Below are positions 48,605 to 61,548 of a stretch of 64,000 nucleotides of DNA, in pieces. The stretch lies in NCBI GenBank assembly GCA_047495785.1, contig JBLDXI010000066.1, positions 434,001 through 498,000 on the forward strand. The letters run 5' to 3'. Each line of letters begins with the position of its first letter. The stretch's first letter is position 1. The stretch comes from Lepidodermella squamata (lineage: Eukaryota; Animalia; Gastrotricha). Below the pieces are notes generated by a model, which was not told the DNA's origin, made no database searches, and saw only the letters and a list, made by a program, of their open reading frames with translations. Position numbers and translations under genes: made by a program.

Positions 48605-51087
48605 ATGGCTTACTACGGCCAACCACCGCCTCAACAAATGTACCCGCAGGGTGGCTACCCGGGTGGGCAGCCCATGATGCAACAACAGCCTATGATGCAA
48701 CAACAACAACCCCGACCACAGGGGTACTACCCTCCCCAGCAAATGCCGCCAGGGCAGTATCCACCCCAGCAGCAAGCTCCGCCCCCTCAAAGGGAGCCTC
48801 TCCCGAGCGGGTTATGGCCGCAGGATGTCCCGCCAGGTCAACCCGGTCCGCCTAAACCCGTTCAACGGGAGCCACTCCCTGCGGACATGTGGCCTGCTGA
48901 CATCCCGGAGAGGCAGCCGCCGAAATCAGCAAGGCGCGAGAGACCACCGGAGAATGTGTGGCAGCAGGGCCCGCCTCCTCCCCAAATGCAACAAATGCCA
49001 CCGCCACCACCGCCTCAACAAATGATGATGCATCAGGAGAACCTTCCGATTCCTGAGCGGTCGAAAACCGCGAAGATCAACTCGATCCTGTACAGGCAGG
49101 AGCATACGAAATCAGGCCGGGTGAAGGTCAAAACCGTGAAAGCCGAAGAGTTGAAGGATCGCTACGACATTTTCGAAGATGAGGAAATTTGTAAAAAGTT
49201 CAACAAGCTGCCGGCTGAGTTCAAGGAGAAGTTCCTACGCAACCTGGACGTATTCATCGAGGAAGAAAGCGAGGACATGATCGAGTTCATTGAGCAGAGC
49301 CGCAACGAAATCGCTGATATGTGCGGGAGGACCTATGACGAGTCTGAAGAAGAGGTCGATGAAGAGAAAGCCAAGATGGGTAAGCTCATGACTTCCCAAG
49401 AATAGTCTATTCTTAAGTTTCCCTTCTCCTAGAGCGCAGAAGAAGACGTAAGGATGACAAAGCAGTTCAAGAGTACTTGGCAGAGCGTGAGCGGCGTTTG
49501 CAAGAGCAAAAGGAGGTCAGCACAACTTACCACGCTGGAGCCGACGATGAGAAGAAAGCTATCGAAGAGGTTTGTCATTTTCTAAATGTTTGGATTTAGG
49601 ATTCCACGAATTTCTGTGAATCGGTTGACTGAAGGAGCCGACTTGAACAACTAGTTTCACAGGGTTCTAATTTAGGGATGGAACTTCAAGTTTAGTGTTC
49701 GGACCCGATTTGAAGCTCTGAGACTGACTCTGAACCTTTTTTAGTTTGGAATCCTAAGATTCAGCTGCAGATTTACCCCATTACTAACTTTCCATCTCCC
49801 CCTTAGTATCTCGCTCAAAAGCGGAAAGAAGAGCTTCGAATTATGCGTGAGAAGGAGAAGGAGCGTCTTGCAGCCGAACGAGCAATGGAGGCCTTTGCCG
49901 AGAGTCAGCAAACTATCAATGACATTATGGACCCAGCTGAGCGACTCGATGCCGAACGAGAGCGCCAACTTGCTGAAATCGCGAAGAAGAAGGCGCGGAA
50001 AAAGGAGAAGAAATCTGAAGTTCGCGATAAGGCTAACGAAATGTTGGACGAGCTCATGTTCACGCAGTCAAAAGTCGAGAGAGCGTAAGTCTTAATTCCT
50101 AAAATTTCCTAATTTCAGGCCCATGTCCTCATTTCAGACAATCTGCGACTCGAGAACGGCAAGAACAGTTGATTCAGGAGCAGCTTCGGAAGAAACGAGA
50201 GGCTTCAGGCGTGGCACATGACCCGAATAAGCCGAGGGAGTTTTCGGAATTCGACAAGCCCCCAGATGCAGTTCAGGGCGATCCGAAAGCTCCGCCTGAA
50301 GAGCCGAAAAAGGAGAAGGTCAAGAAAAAGGCGAAACCTTCATCCGAACAGCCTCCACCCGAGGCTGCCCCTCCGCCCCCACCTCCACCTGCTGAAGCTG
50401 CTCCGCCACCTGAGGAAGGCGAGAAAAAGAAGAAGAAGAAAAAGGACGAGGAGCCTCCGCCACCTCCACCTCCTGCTGAAGCTCCGCCCCCTGCAGAGGA
50501 TGGCGAAAAGAAGAAAAAGAAAAAGAAGAAGGACGACCAGCCGGAAGATCCAACGCCAGCTCCTCCGCCAGAAACTCCTGCTGGGGAACCCGGCGAAAAG
50601 AAGAAAAAGAAGAAAAAAGACGCTGAACCTGAAGCTCCACCGCCGCCACCACCGCCAGTCGAACCGCCACCTGAGGATGGCGAGAAAAAGAAGAAAAAGA
50701 AGAAGAAAGATGCTGAGCCTGAGCCTCCCCCGCCCGAAGAGCCACCCGCTGACGAGGGTGAGAAAAAGAAGAAGAAAAAGAAGAAAGATGCTGAACCAGC
50801 CGAGGAAGCTCCCCCTCCACCGCCCGAAACACCAGCTGAAGACGGGGAAAAGAAGAAGAAAAAGAAGAAGAAGAAAGGTTAGTCACTGTTCGGAATTTTA
50901 TCATTCTTAAAATGTTTGCTGTTATTTTACAGAAGACGAACCAGCCGAAGCGCCTCCACCTCCCGCCGAAGAACCCCCAGCTGAAGAGAAGAAGAAGAAA
51001 AAGAAGAAAAAAGGCAAGTTGAATGAATTTTCTGTCCCTCCAACCTTCAACTTCTCACTCTTTTCTTCATCAGATGGAGCTGAGTAA
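48605..51087 (+). CDS. Low-complexity protein: Pro/Gln-rich N-terminus, acidic/coiled-coil core, C-terminal polyPro-Glu / polyLys repeats (multi-exon)
   Basis: Exons at about 48605-49379, 49432-49569, 49807-50084, 50139-50877, 50933-51013 and 51074-51087. About seven repeats of EAPPPPPxxxPxEDGEKKKKKKKKD. No family recognised. Confidence 0.8.
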
Positions 51088-52332
51088 CATGCGTGGTGCT
51101 GGACTGTGAAGCAAGACAATTCAAATTACTGACAATCCTCACCTTCAATTCTCATCTTTGATCTCTGTCTGCTATACCTATCTAAACAAACAACTCTTTT
51201 AAATAAAATAATTTCGAGTGTTTGAATGCACAGTTTTCCATTTATTATTTCGCTCGCACTGTTTTCCTAGTTGGTAGCATATCAAAATGGCGAGTAGAAG
51301 AAACGGTATGAATTTCGTAATTTACGCAACCGATAAGGGCGACACAAGCAGCTGAGCAATTCAACCGATGACTCAGCTTCACATTTTCATAATCATAAAA
51401 CAAAACCCCTCTTTAACCATCAGTTCAGTAAAGCATCAAAATTTCAAATGAGCTTGAGGAATGTTGTGAAAAGCCATTAACTTTATTGGGGAGCTAATAG
51501 GGAATCAGAATCATTAGGTACTCATACGATCTTAGTTCAACCCCTATCTTAATAATACGAAACCTATAACAAAATTCAAGTTTTTTTCAGGCTTACGTCT
51601 TCAGTCTTCAGCATCAACCTCGCATTTTCAGTATTTGGGCTAAGAAAGTCAGAACATCGCAAAATACTGAGCGTACGACGCCGAAAGCAGAGCGGGGATA
51701 ATTGCACGGAAACCCGGTTTCGGTATGTTTATTTGCTGAAAGATGTCTTTATAGAAGCAAGTGGGATGAAAGCCTCCCTGCTGTAAAGAGCTATATACAG
51801 GATATGGCTTACTTTATGCTAGCTTTTCTAGCTAGCCGTTTTTATATCATAGCCATATGTCTATCGGATTTCAGAATTTCAAAATGTAACTAATTTTGAA
51901 CAAATAATTCTAGCGAAGGTTTGGCAGCTTTCAAGGCGTAGGTTGTAGTCCATCCAATAGAGGTGTCCGCATTTCTAAGACTTCAGCTACAATGTTCTCG
52001 GTGACAAACTAGCCTTTCGGCTGATATGTAAATCTGTCTTGCCCCAGGTCAAAGTTTATTTACCATATAATATAGTTGTAGTAGCATGAATTGGCACGTA
52101 AATCATCATAGAAAAAAGCTATGCGTCATTGGCGCCATGGGCAGCTGAGTACTTGAAGCTACTAAACATATTGTTTTCTCACTCTTCTTTCTTGAAAAAA
52201 CCTATTACCAAAGGCTTATCCTCTCAAACACGACTAGAAGGGCGCAAGCTATAAAACCGCTTTTTACCACTATTCTAGAGCTCAACTAGTGAAATTGTAA
52301 CGTGAAATTGTAACTTGTTTGAATAATAGAAA

Positions 52333-53094
52333 ATGAACTTTACTCACGCAGCTGTGCTGCAAATTTTGTTTTTCGTTTCGCAAGTCTTGTTAGTTGCTTC
52401 CCTCCCAGAGTACGCCGCCCTGATACCAAATGGAGACAAAGTTCCTAATCCATGCGAAAACGGTACCTGGTCTGGTAAGTAAACTCCTCAGATTCTTTGT
52501 AATCTCGTGCTAATATCAATTTTATCAGCGGTTGGTCATCGCTTGCCTGGAGAAGGCGGGAACGGAAGAACGCTGAATCCGTTCGGTCGTCAATTTGACA
52601 GGGCGAAATTCAAATGGACAGTCGAACTATGCAAAAATGACAGGTATTTTAAAGCAGACGTATCAAATCCGTCCGTTAATTGTTTGTTTTAAAAAAGTGA
52701 CGGGGACGGCTTGACGAATGGGCAAGAATTGGGAGATCCGTTGTGCGTATGGCAGGGGTCTGGCCTCCCAGCTTCTTCGGTTAACATCACGCATCCTGGA
52801 ATTTGTGAACCACTTGATTCAGCTCTCTGCCAGTCGATGAACACTTTCCTGAGTGCAGCGAATTGCAAGCTATTGATAAACGCGACAGTCCCCGCTTCAA
52901 ATGCAACTACACCTGTTGTTCCGGTGTCAAGTAATTCGACGGTGAATTCGACTACAACACAGGGCTTGCCTGCTTCTACGACGACCACGTCAGCTATCAA
53001 ACCGGTTGCCAAAAATGCATCTCAAGCAAAATATGGCCTATTGCCTGTATTCTATCTGTTCCTGATAATCTACTCGGTTTATTCAATCCTCTAA
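52333..53094 (+). CDS. Temptin-like protein 1 with Ser/Thr stalk and C-terminal hydrophobic (GPI-type) tail
   Basis: Three exons. IPNGDKVPNPC...W.AVGH...GG..RTLNPFG..F...KWTVELC..DSDGDGLTNGQELGDPLCVW...THPGICEP is the temptin motif set. Confidence 0.88.
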
Positions 53095-53665
53095 AATGCT
53101 GCTAAATACATTTAAGAATAAAATACTACTATTCCTAGGTCAATGCCTGAAGAAATGAAACATGATGGAATAGAAAAGGTCTATAGTTGGTTTCATGGAC
53201 AATAGAACAATAGGACAAGCAGGCCATTTAAAGCTCAGACATCCGTACAGACATTGTGCCATCACAGGTCAAATGTTGCATTGGACCGAATTCTGCAATC
53301 GGATGCCCACTGACAACTTTCATTCTCGAGTACTCAATCATTTTCATGCCAATTGGATTGGTATGCCAAGAGAAAGGGTATCGCTTATCATTTCAGGCTT
53401 TCCGAGCCCTTGTCGTTGTATTGTCATTTCTGCGCTATTTTTGGGATACATCGTTCTACTGGGTCTAATTCTCACTTTTGTAGAGTTGAGCTAGCCTAAA
53501 ACGCTAATAGGATGTGAGTTTTAGTTTTTTCCCCGAAATTACAGTGCTGCACGCAATGCGAATATGGCACATCTGAGTTTTGTCATACGAGGGCTTTTAA
53601 CAACGCTCGCACTGTCTCGTTTTTTACATCGGCCCGTGCATAAATTCAGAGATCGTACCGATAAA

Positions 53666-54310
53666 ATGAGTCGTCATTTACAAGGCTGCTTGCTGATTGT
53701 AGCTTTCATAACTTTGCAAAGTGCTCTTAGCAAACCTGGATTTCAAGTTTTCCTACCGAACGGAAGATCAGTGCCTAACCCGTGTCAACCTAAAAACCCG
53801 AACAGCACCTGGTTTGGTAATTAAAGATTTGTGAAAAACTTTTTAATAAGTAAATTGAACTTCAACCCAGCCATTGGGCATGTTAGACCCGCAGAAGGAG
53901 GCAGTAACCGTACTCTGAACCAGTTCGGCCGCGATTTTCTTGCAGCTGGCATTAAATGGACTGTAACTCTTTGCAAGCAAGACAGGTGAAATGATTCATT
54001 ACCCAATTTAATAGTAAACAGAATGAGAATTTTGAAAAGTGACGGTGATGGTTTGACAAATGGACAAGAACTCGGTGACCCGATGTGCGTATGGCAAGGA
54101 ATGGGCGAACCATCGACAAAGCTCAACATTTCGCATCCTGGAATTTGCGAACCGGTCAACTCACCCAACTGTCGTATGAAAAACATGTTCCTCAACGAGA
54201 AAAACTGCTTGGCCTTAGCCTCATCCGCTTGCCGAGATTTCCAACATTCACTTGTCGCAGCATCGTTCAGTCTTTTAAGCCTGATATTCGCTATGCGTGA
54301 GCATTTCTAA
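53666..54310 (+). CDS. Temptin-like protein 2 (tandem paralog) with hydrophobic tail
   Basis: Same three-exon structure. LPNGRSVPNPC...GHVRP.EGG..RTLNQFGRDF...WTVTLC..DSDGDGLTNGQELGDPMCVW...SHPGICEP. Confidence 0.88.
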
Positions 54311-54423
54311 TTACAATGCCTTGTTAAAAAGCTTCCTTAATTACAATGAAAACAATGAAAAGCTGAAGCAGGGCTATTAAAAAAGCTTCATTGTTAAATG
54401 CAAATAAACTTCCAGTTTTTAAC

Positions 54424-55230
54424 ATGCTATTGCATCTCACGATTGTTTTTACTTTAATTACGCTTGCTTTCAACGAAAACACAGATTTTTGCTTAGATGA
54501 TGGTCAAAATACTTGCCAGACTGGTTCTGTCCGTCTAACAGGAAATTATTCTGGAAATGGATATGCTAGACGTTATGTACTCGATGGCCTTTTACAGGAA
54601 GACCAGTGTAAACGGCTTATCAAAATCATAGACCGACTTGGCATGATTGGGAATGGATACACTCATGAGAAAACGAAATCTCACGGCTCACCTTGGACAG
54701 ATTTCGAATATTTCAGAGGCCTGAATTCTATTCAATTGCAAAAACTAGCGAGTGACCGTAATTCTGGGATAAATCAGGCTGATATCGATTTAGTATCAGC
54801 CACCTTAAAAAAGGCGCTGAGCCAAGCTCGATCCGTGTTTAATCGACCTGGATTACAGGAGCAATTCACTCATATTGTATGCCGTGAAGCAGTCGATGGT
54901 ATCCAGCATCTCAGGCCGAAAGAGGATGAATTCAGCCACAGGATTCACGCCGATAACTGCGCGATTCAAGAGAATGGGCAGGACTGCTTACCTCACGAAA
55001 ATATCCCAACTTTAGGGTTACGAAATGTCTCAGCTCTTCTGTATCTCAATGAAGGATTTCAAGGCGGAACCTTTTTCTTCGCAAATCGACCCACATTGAA
55101 GAAGGAACTTGAGATCAGGCCAGCATGCGGAAGGATGGTGACCTTTGACTCTGAGGAATATCACGGGGTTGAGGCTGTAACTCGGGGCAAACGATGTGCT
55201 TTCGCTATGTGGTACACTCTTGAGCAATAA
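54424..55230 (+). CDS. Prolyl 3-hydroxylase (leprecan)-like 2OG-Fe(II) oxygenase, catalytic domain only, single exon
   Basis: Signal peptide; SPWTDFEYFRGL, FTHIVCREA, SHRIHADNC (HxD), SALLYLNEGFQGGTFFF, CGRMVTF, HGVEAVTRGKRCAFAMWYT (distal His and the 2OG-binding Arg). Confidence 0.88.
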   Translation: MLLHLTIVFTLITLAFNENTDFCLDDGQNTCQTGSVRLTGNYSGNGYARRYVLDGLLQEDQCKRLIKIIDRLGMIGNGYTHEKTKSHGSPWTDFEYFRGLNSIQLQKLASDRNSGINQADIDLVSATLKKALSQARSVFNRPGLQEQFTHIVCREAVDGIQHLRPKEDEFSHRIHADNCAIQENGQDCLPHENIPTLGLRNVSALLYLNEGFQGGTFFFANRPTLKKELEIRPACGRMVTFDSEEYHGVEAVTRGKRCAFAMWYTLEQ

Positions 55231-55311
55231 AGTTATCAATATACAAGGCAAGCTTGTTTTATTAAGGAAAATCAGCGTACAAAATTTAAAAACCGGAAAG
55301 TGCGATAGGGT

Positions 55312-58300
55312 TCAGAAATCAAACGTGTCTTTGCTAAGTTGCCGCCGCGGCATAGGCTCGACAACAATGAGGGGGATCTTGCGACCAGATGGCGTGCCAA
55401 CAACCTGGTCCTGGTCGCTTTTTTCATCGTCCTGGTCCTTCGGCGCCTGAACATTGCCAATACTGCGCCGGCGCATCATTCGCGTTTGGCTGAAAGAGGG
55501 CGGAACCAAGTCGCTGCCTAGCAAATTCTCATCCGGGTTCACAACGCCCGGTTTCACAACAATGCCTGCGGTAGCTCGACGTTTCGAGAGGAACGCCGCG
55601 ATGCTAGACGCTAATTCGCCCTCGCCCATAGATTTTCTCGCCGATTCAGTCGATCGGACCTCCTCGTCGTCGGAAAACGCGACAGGAGGTAAGGCTTTCA
55701 AGTCGTCCAACTCAGCCATTGGGACAAGTTGCGACCGACTCGTATGAGTTTTCGTCGCATCTAACGAGGCCTGGCGATCTGGCTGTTTCGTTGGTTTGAC
55801 ACTGGACTTTCGCCGGTTAATCGCGTCCACCCCCTTCTTCTTCTTATCGTCCATGCCAGAATCTACGGAGGAGGAGGTCGAATCGTTGCGTTTCGCGACT
55901 AAGTTAGTTTTCGAGTCTTTGCTATTATTTTCCTTCTCTAAATCCTGTTTCTTCTTCTCAGCAGCTGCAGCTTGTTGGATTTCGACGAGAGTTGGCACAA
56001 ACATCGTTAGAGCCGCGAGTTTGTTCAAAAGCTTAGTCGCCCGTCGTTTCGGCCGCATCTTCGCTCGAGTCTGAGCGTGGGAGTAGTACAGCGAGAAGTT
56101 GTTGACAACGATCGGGACAGTGAAGGCGATCATAAGGACACCGAAAATCGCAGCAACGCAGCCGATAACGAAGCCTCCAACCTTTGTAGGCGTGTAATCA
56201 CCGTAGCCGACCGTTGTCATGGTAACCAGGGCCCACCAGCACCCTATTGGGATGTTCGAAAACGTCTCAGGCTCGACGTAGTAGACGAGACAGGCGAATA
56301 TCACGACACCTATCATGAGGAAAATTATCATTAGAGCCAACTCTTTCGCCGAGACTTTGATCGTATAGACCAGGACTTTAAAAGCTCGGTAATGCTTCAT
56401 CAACTTCATAATTCGAACGATTCGAGCGAATCGGACTGGGATAAGGACCCGGAGGTACTTGCTTCGGGGAATTTCATTGACCAAAATCACTGCAATTGTC
56501 TCGAAGCACATTGCCATGAGAACTAGCAGGTCGAGGTTGTTAAGCATTGATTTCATGAACTCCCTCTTATTAGGGCAGATCAATAGGCGGAGGAAATACT
56601 CCATTAAGAACCAGCCGAAGCAAACGAAATTGATAACGCTCAACCACCAGACAATTGATGAGTTAGATTCGGTTAATTCAAAGAAATCCTGATCATCACC
56701 ATCGTCATCAGTTCCATTCGCAGCCTGGGTGGCGTTCGTTGAGAAATTGAACATCTGGACTATATAAGCGGCAGTAGAGTTATCAGGCGATGATGTGGTT
56801 TTATTGCGTGGAACTCGAAAGTTCGGATGCGTCTCTAAAACGTAGGAACAAATCGATAGGACAACGAAGAATATCGATAGGGAAGCGAAAATTTTGCCGA
56901 CGATTGAATAGGACGGGTCTTCGATGTGGCGCCACAATCTTCGCTGGAGCCGTTTCCAGCCGGATTCATTTTCAGGTTCGGCAAACACGTCTTCATAAAC
57001 TGCGAAGCTGTCGTCAAGCATTTTGAGGGTTTCTTTGTTTTCGAGGAATTTCGCAAACTGGGCCCAACAACAGGGTTCGATGTCATTCGGATCGATTTGC
57101 CAAAAATCAAGCTCCTATACAAATTAAAAGGAAAATTTGATTTAGCCATATTTTAACAATTTAAATCAATTTTTACGATTTAATCATCTTTCATCTTTCA
57201 GCTTACGTTTTTAATTGCATTTCCGCAGATATTGTGATCGATATGCAACTCCCCAGTTCGATAGTATTGAATAATCGATGTGAAAATGAGGGGGTTCCTA
57301 TTGAAGAAAAATGTCCCTGTCTCCGGATCAAAAGCCTGATCCCTGTCGTAGTCTTGCGCCAACTTTGCTAATCGCGTCTCAGGCAGTCGATTCAGGGTGG
57401 CTAAGAAAGTCTCATGAATCTGCCCGCCAACGTTGAGGATAATTCTCTCGTTGAGGTTCGTCTGAGCAATCAAGCCACTCAGTGATTTGTCGGCCATAGA
57501 TGCCATGTCCTCCTCATCACTATCGTCTTCGTCATCGCTGAATTTCGGAGGTTTCTTAACAACGGGCACGCCGGGTTGGCTTGATGGTTTCCGGACAACG
57601 ACCGCGCGCCCGCCTACAGTCTCGGTCACTCGGTCCCAGCTCGACATGCGGCGAGCTAACGCGATGTGCGCAAATTCTTTAAGCCTTGGGGTCGGGGAGC
57701 TTGAAGAAGTTCTCCTCTATAAAAAAAATCGCAATTAATTAATTAATCAGTAACATAATTAAATTAGAAGAAATAAAGAAACAGAGCATTAGGAGTTTTT
57801 CAAAATTAGTAGGTTACGGATCAATATCACACAAATCTTAAAGCCAATAGACCACGCCTCTGGAAATCACTGAAGGCGTGATTTTTGAGCGGGAGGGATT
57901 AGCCTAAATTAGACCCTGCGGCATATTTTTTTGGAAATTTAATTGAATGAGGGACAAAATAGTAGGTAAGTGCTTGTTTATGTATTTACGCCACCTTAAT
58001 TTTTACGACTAATAGCCCCATTGAGTCACCCGTAACCATAAACAAATTTTCGCTGATCTTTGCATTCTGTAGAATGCAGTACGCGGTGAATTGAAATAGA
58101 ACGCGCGTGCTATTAACGATGATAATAGCGCTGCTAATACTTACGCGCAGGGCTTGTCGACTCGGCGGCCTCAGCAAGTTGTTATCTTGCGTCGGTGGCG
58201 GAATGTTCGTTAATTCGTCCAGCGACAGGTCGGACGCCATTGACTCACGACTGACATTGAGTGGCTTCACCTAGAATAATGCTTATTTTTGTAAAAAATT

Positions 58301-58373
58301 TAGGTAATCGACGCATTTAATCGCTAACCATTAGAGCTGTTGGCGAGCCAGGCGGGCGCTGTGAAAGAGCCAT
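55312..58373 (-). CDS. Voltage-gated potassium channel, Shaw/Kv3-like
   Basis: T1 domain IILNVGG...FFFNRNP...YYRTGELH...ELDFW...EPCCW, then S1-S6 with pore TMTTVGYGD. Exons at about 58373-58329, 58270-58142, 57716-57207 and 57114-55312. Confidence 0.92.
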
Positions 58374-60381
58374 TAAAGCCGTGAAAAACTTTTTGCTGCT
58401 ACCTGGTCGGAAATTATTTGAAGAACTACGCCATGGTAACTCTGGGCTTGATTCGAGAATAATTTATCCTGTGCCTTCTCATACCGTCAGGTTGATGTGC
58501 ACTTGAAAGCGCGCTATTCAGCGTTTTGTCAACAAAACGACTTTTGGCAGATCATTTTGATGGGCGAATGCGCTCGCTGAATGAGCCTTGACATTGAGCT
58601 GGCAATTTTCAGCGAGCTGCTGCTGTGATGTGTTAATTAAGTATCATACAAAAGCGCGCGCACTTCAAAAGCCGCAGAAAAGTCCTAAATGTTGATAGGT
58701 ACTTTCTTTCGCTGAAAATCAATGACGAAGTTCGACGGCTTTATTTATAAAATGGGTCATAATAACATGCCTGGACACATGCTCATTCCGCGTTGATGTT
58801 GCGGTTACATGAAAGAATTGTGTCAGTAGGTTGTAGTTCAATTTTTGAACACATCATGAAAGCATCCTCAAGAAAAATTGCGATGATATTGCGAGATGAG
58901 TAACATGAATGGTATTTGAATACTTTACAATTTGCTATAAATTATCATACTTCATTCTCGAAGTTTGATCTGGAACAGTTGAAAATAAAATTGACCGGAA
59001 ACAAGTGAAAAGTGGGGTTTGGTATATTTTCTTTTCCAGCAAATGGCAAAAGGTGTTTTGACTTAAATTGGGACGATTCTGGGATTCTTAGCCAGTTTTT
59101 TATGGTGATACAAACCTCTAGGAGGCACTCATCCACCTCGGTAGACGTGAGACCTCAAAGTGTCGCCGAAAAATCATATCGCTTTAGGTTGACGTGGAAG
59201 CACTGATCTTCCATTCAAATTGTTGAACATCTCGCAAGATTCATCACCTCAGATTGCCCAAATAAAACTTGACTGAGCATAAGAAACTAGGAACAGAGGA
59301 ATTTGTTGCGCGGCGAATTTTTTAGCAATAAACAACTCAATTTTTTGAGCGCGCATTTTTTAGAAGTTAGAAATTTTCACCCGTACACTTTGAAGCTGAT
59401 GATTTTCTCAGCAACCCTGATGGCTATCGACCTCTTTTTGATATCGTTCGACGCTTCGTCCATTGGCCTTGAAATAGGCATCAAAATCTTACGATGTCAA
59501 AAATGTTTGCTTCTTGATGTTGACTTTGCTCGTATTTGAAGATTTGCTTATTTGTATTTGACGGTTGACGGGACCCATGCCACAAACGAACATTCAAATA
59601 CGCTAACTCAAAGCTATTTTTGCTATCGCATGTCGAATCAGCACCACCCTCTGACACTGTATGGTGATCTTAGCAGCTGCCTGGTTGATGACTGATCGAG
59701 CAGATTCAACTTCTTCCTTTGGCCTTGGACAGGGGCAAACGGCGACAGTTATCAGAAAGAGAAGGAATCATTCATCTTTTAATGCAATGCTTGAACTATC
59801 ATAACTAACCAAGCACCATATAGCGGATCATTTTCTGAGAAAATTCCAGAAGAATTAAGAGAAGAAAAAGAATGAACTGCCGCTAAACCCTGCTAATTGA
59901 TATGAGCTCGCTGCAGGCTGCGGGTTAAAAAGCTGTGATTCTTGAAATGTCACTGATTATCAGCTAAATTAGACATGAGATCAACAGCGGGTAGTTTTTG
60001 AATAATTTATTATGCTGGGTTAACTGAATATATATTCTAACATCAACCAAATAACTATTCCACAGAATATTATCGCACAGTTTTGCAAATGCACGCGTGG
60101 TTATAATGATAGCTGAAAGCGTAAATGATTCCGAACCCGCAGTTTAGCGTGTACTCCCGGTTAAAGACCGTGAGAATTCGAAGCCAAATAAAGATGATAC
60201 TATAACACTTTTCAGAAGAAACCAAGCATCAAACACATGTTTCATAATAAAGGCTTAACGGTTCTCTTCAAGTAAGCCAACCAATCATTTCCGATCGCGC
60301 ACTGTCTCCTGTCCTCTATTGGACAAAGTGCTAAAGTCTCACAATGTCGTCGTCGTCGGACGACGACCACGACGATGTGAA

Positions 60382-60640
60382 ATTCGAGCAGATTCCTCTG
60401 CCTCTTGGCGAGGGCGGTTGGCAGCTGCGACCACGCCGATTATTCGAGCAGATTCCTCTGCCGCTTGGCGAGGGCGGTTGGCAGCTGCGACCACGCCGAT
60501 TATTCGAGCAGATTCCTCTGCCTCTTGGCGAGGGCGGTTGGCAGCTGCGACCACGCCGATTATTCGAGCAGATTCCTCTGCCGCTTGGCGAGGGCGGTTG
60601 GCAGCTACGATCGCGGCGACGTGTCCTCCAGCAGATTCCT
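60382..60640. repeat. 60-bp tandem repeat, about 4.3 copies
   Basis: ATTCGAGCAGATTCCTCTGCC[T/G]CTTGGCGAGGGCGGTTGGCAGCTGCGACCACGCCGATT repeated head to tail. Confidence 0.95.
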
Positions 60641-61548
60641 CATGGAATTGCTTCTTGCATTCGACTATTGCGATCTACAGTCGTATATAGGGAGAAGTTT
60701 CAGATGTAATGCCCAATCGTTAAAACTTACCAAGCTAACCAAAAGTAGGTAACGGTTCATTTTTTGTATGAATTTAATGAATTTAATTAACAAAATGAAG
60801 GCGACTGAAATTTCGTAATGGAACTCACATTTTTATAGGCTCGCTCCCGGGTGCTCACGTCACCAGCATGTTCACCTGTTCATTCAGCATCGATGCATCG
60901 CGCATGATAATTTGCGTCATTCTGACGCAACTGCTGGCGTATTGCTACAGCTGTTTCTAATGGGCGATTGTCATATCATATCCCAAATATTACCATGTCC
61001 CACACTAGAGACTTCATTCCTTAGCTGTATGACAAGCGAGCTAAACATCTCACTACCGCTCTATCAAATGCACAGGCGAGTCAAAGTTTCGCACCAATTT
61101 GTTTCGCCATATTCGTAAACTGAAAATCGTTGATCCTGTGTCACTCACTTCATAGATTAACCGAATCGGCCGGCGGGACGCTTTATAGCGATTGGAATAA
61201 TACGAGTTTCAGATCTTGTAGGCGACATCCAAAGGTAGTATTCTGCAAAATTCGAAAAATTGGCCGAGCTGTGAACTTGCTAAAAGTCAGAATTCCGCAA
61301 TCGTCCTTATGGTCATGAAAGGGTTAAATGCAAAGCTTGAACTATCACAAGTATGACAACAAATAGCGCATCATTTCCTGAGAACATTAGTAGTGATGAG
61401 TTTTGAAAAGGCTACAACTTGATATGATTCCTCCCAGCTCGGCCCAAGGCTTGGCCAATAAAATGAAACTTTAGCCCGCTGTTTAGTAGCAAATATTCAC
61501 AATTTCCTTCGTGGATTAGGGTTGCCTGCCCGCGCACTGGACTTCACT

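Noticed and set aside
50218-50910. Arg-rich 230-aa ORF and antisense 194-aa ORF
   Set aside because: Alternate-frame shadows of the Pro/Lys repeat exon.
55339-57156. Several plus-strand ORFs
   Set aside because: Antisense shadows of the Kv channel exon.
60382-60640. CRISPR array
   Set aside because: Units are contiguous with no unique spacers, no cas genes are present, and the context is eukaryotic.
61150-61327. piggyBac-like end (…GAAAGGG|TTAA)
   Set aside because: Only one plausible terminus; no matching left end identified.
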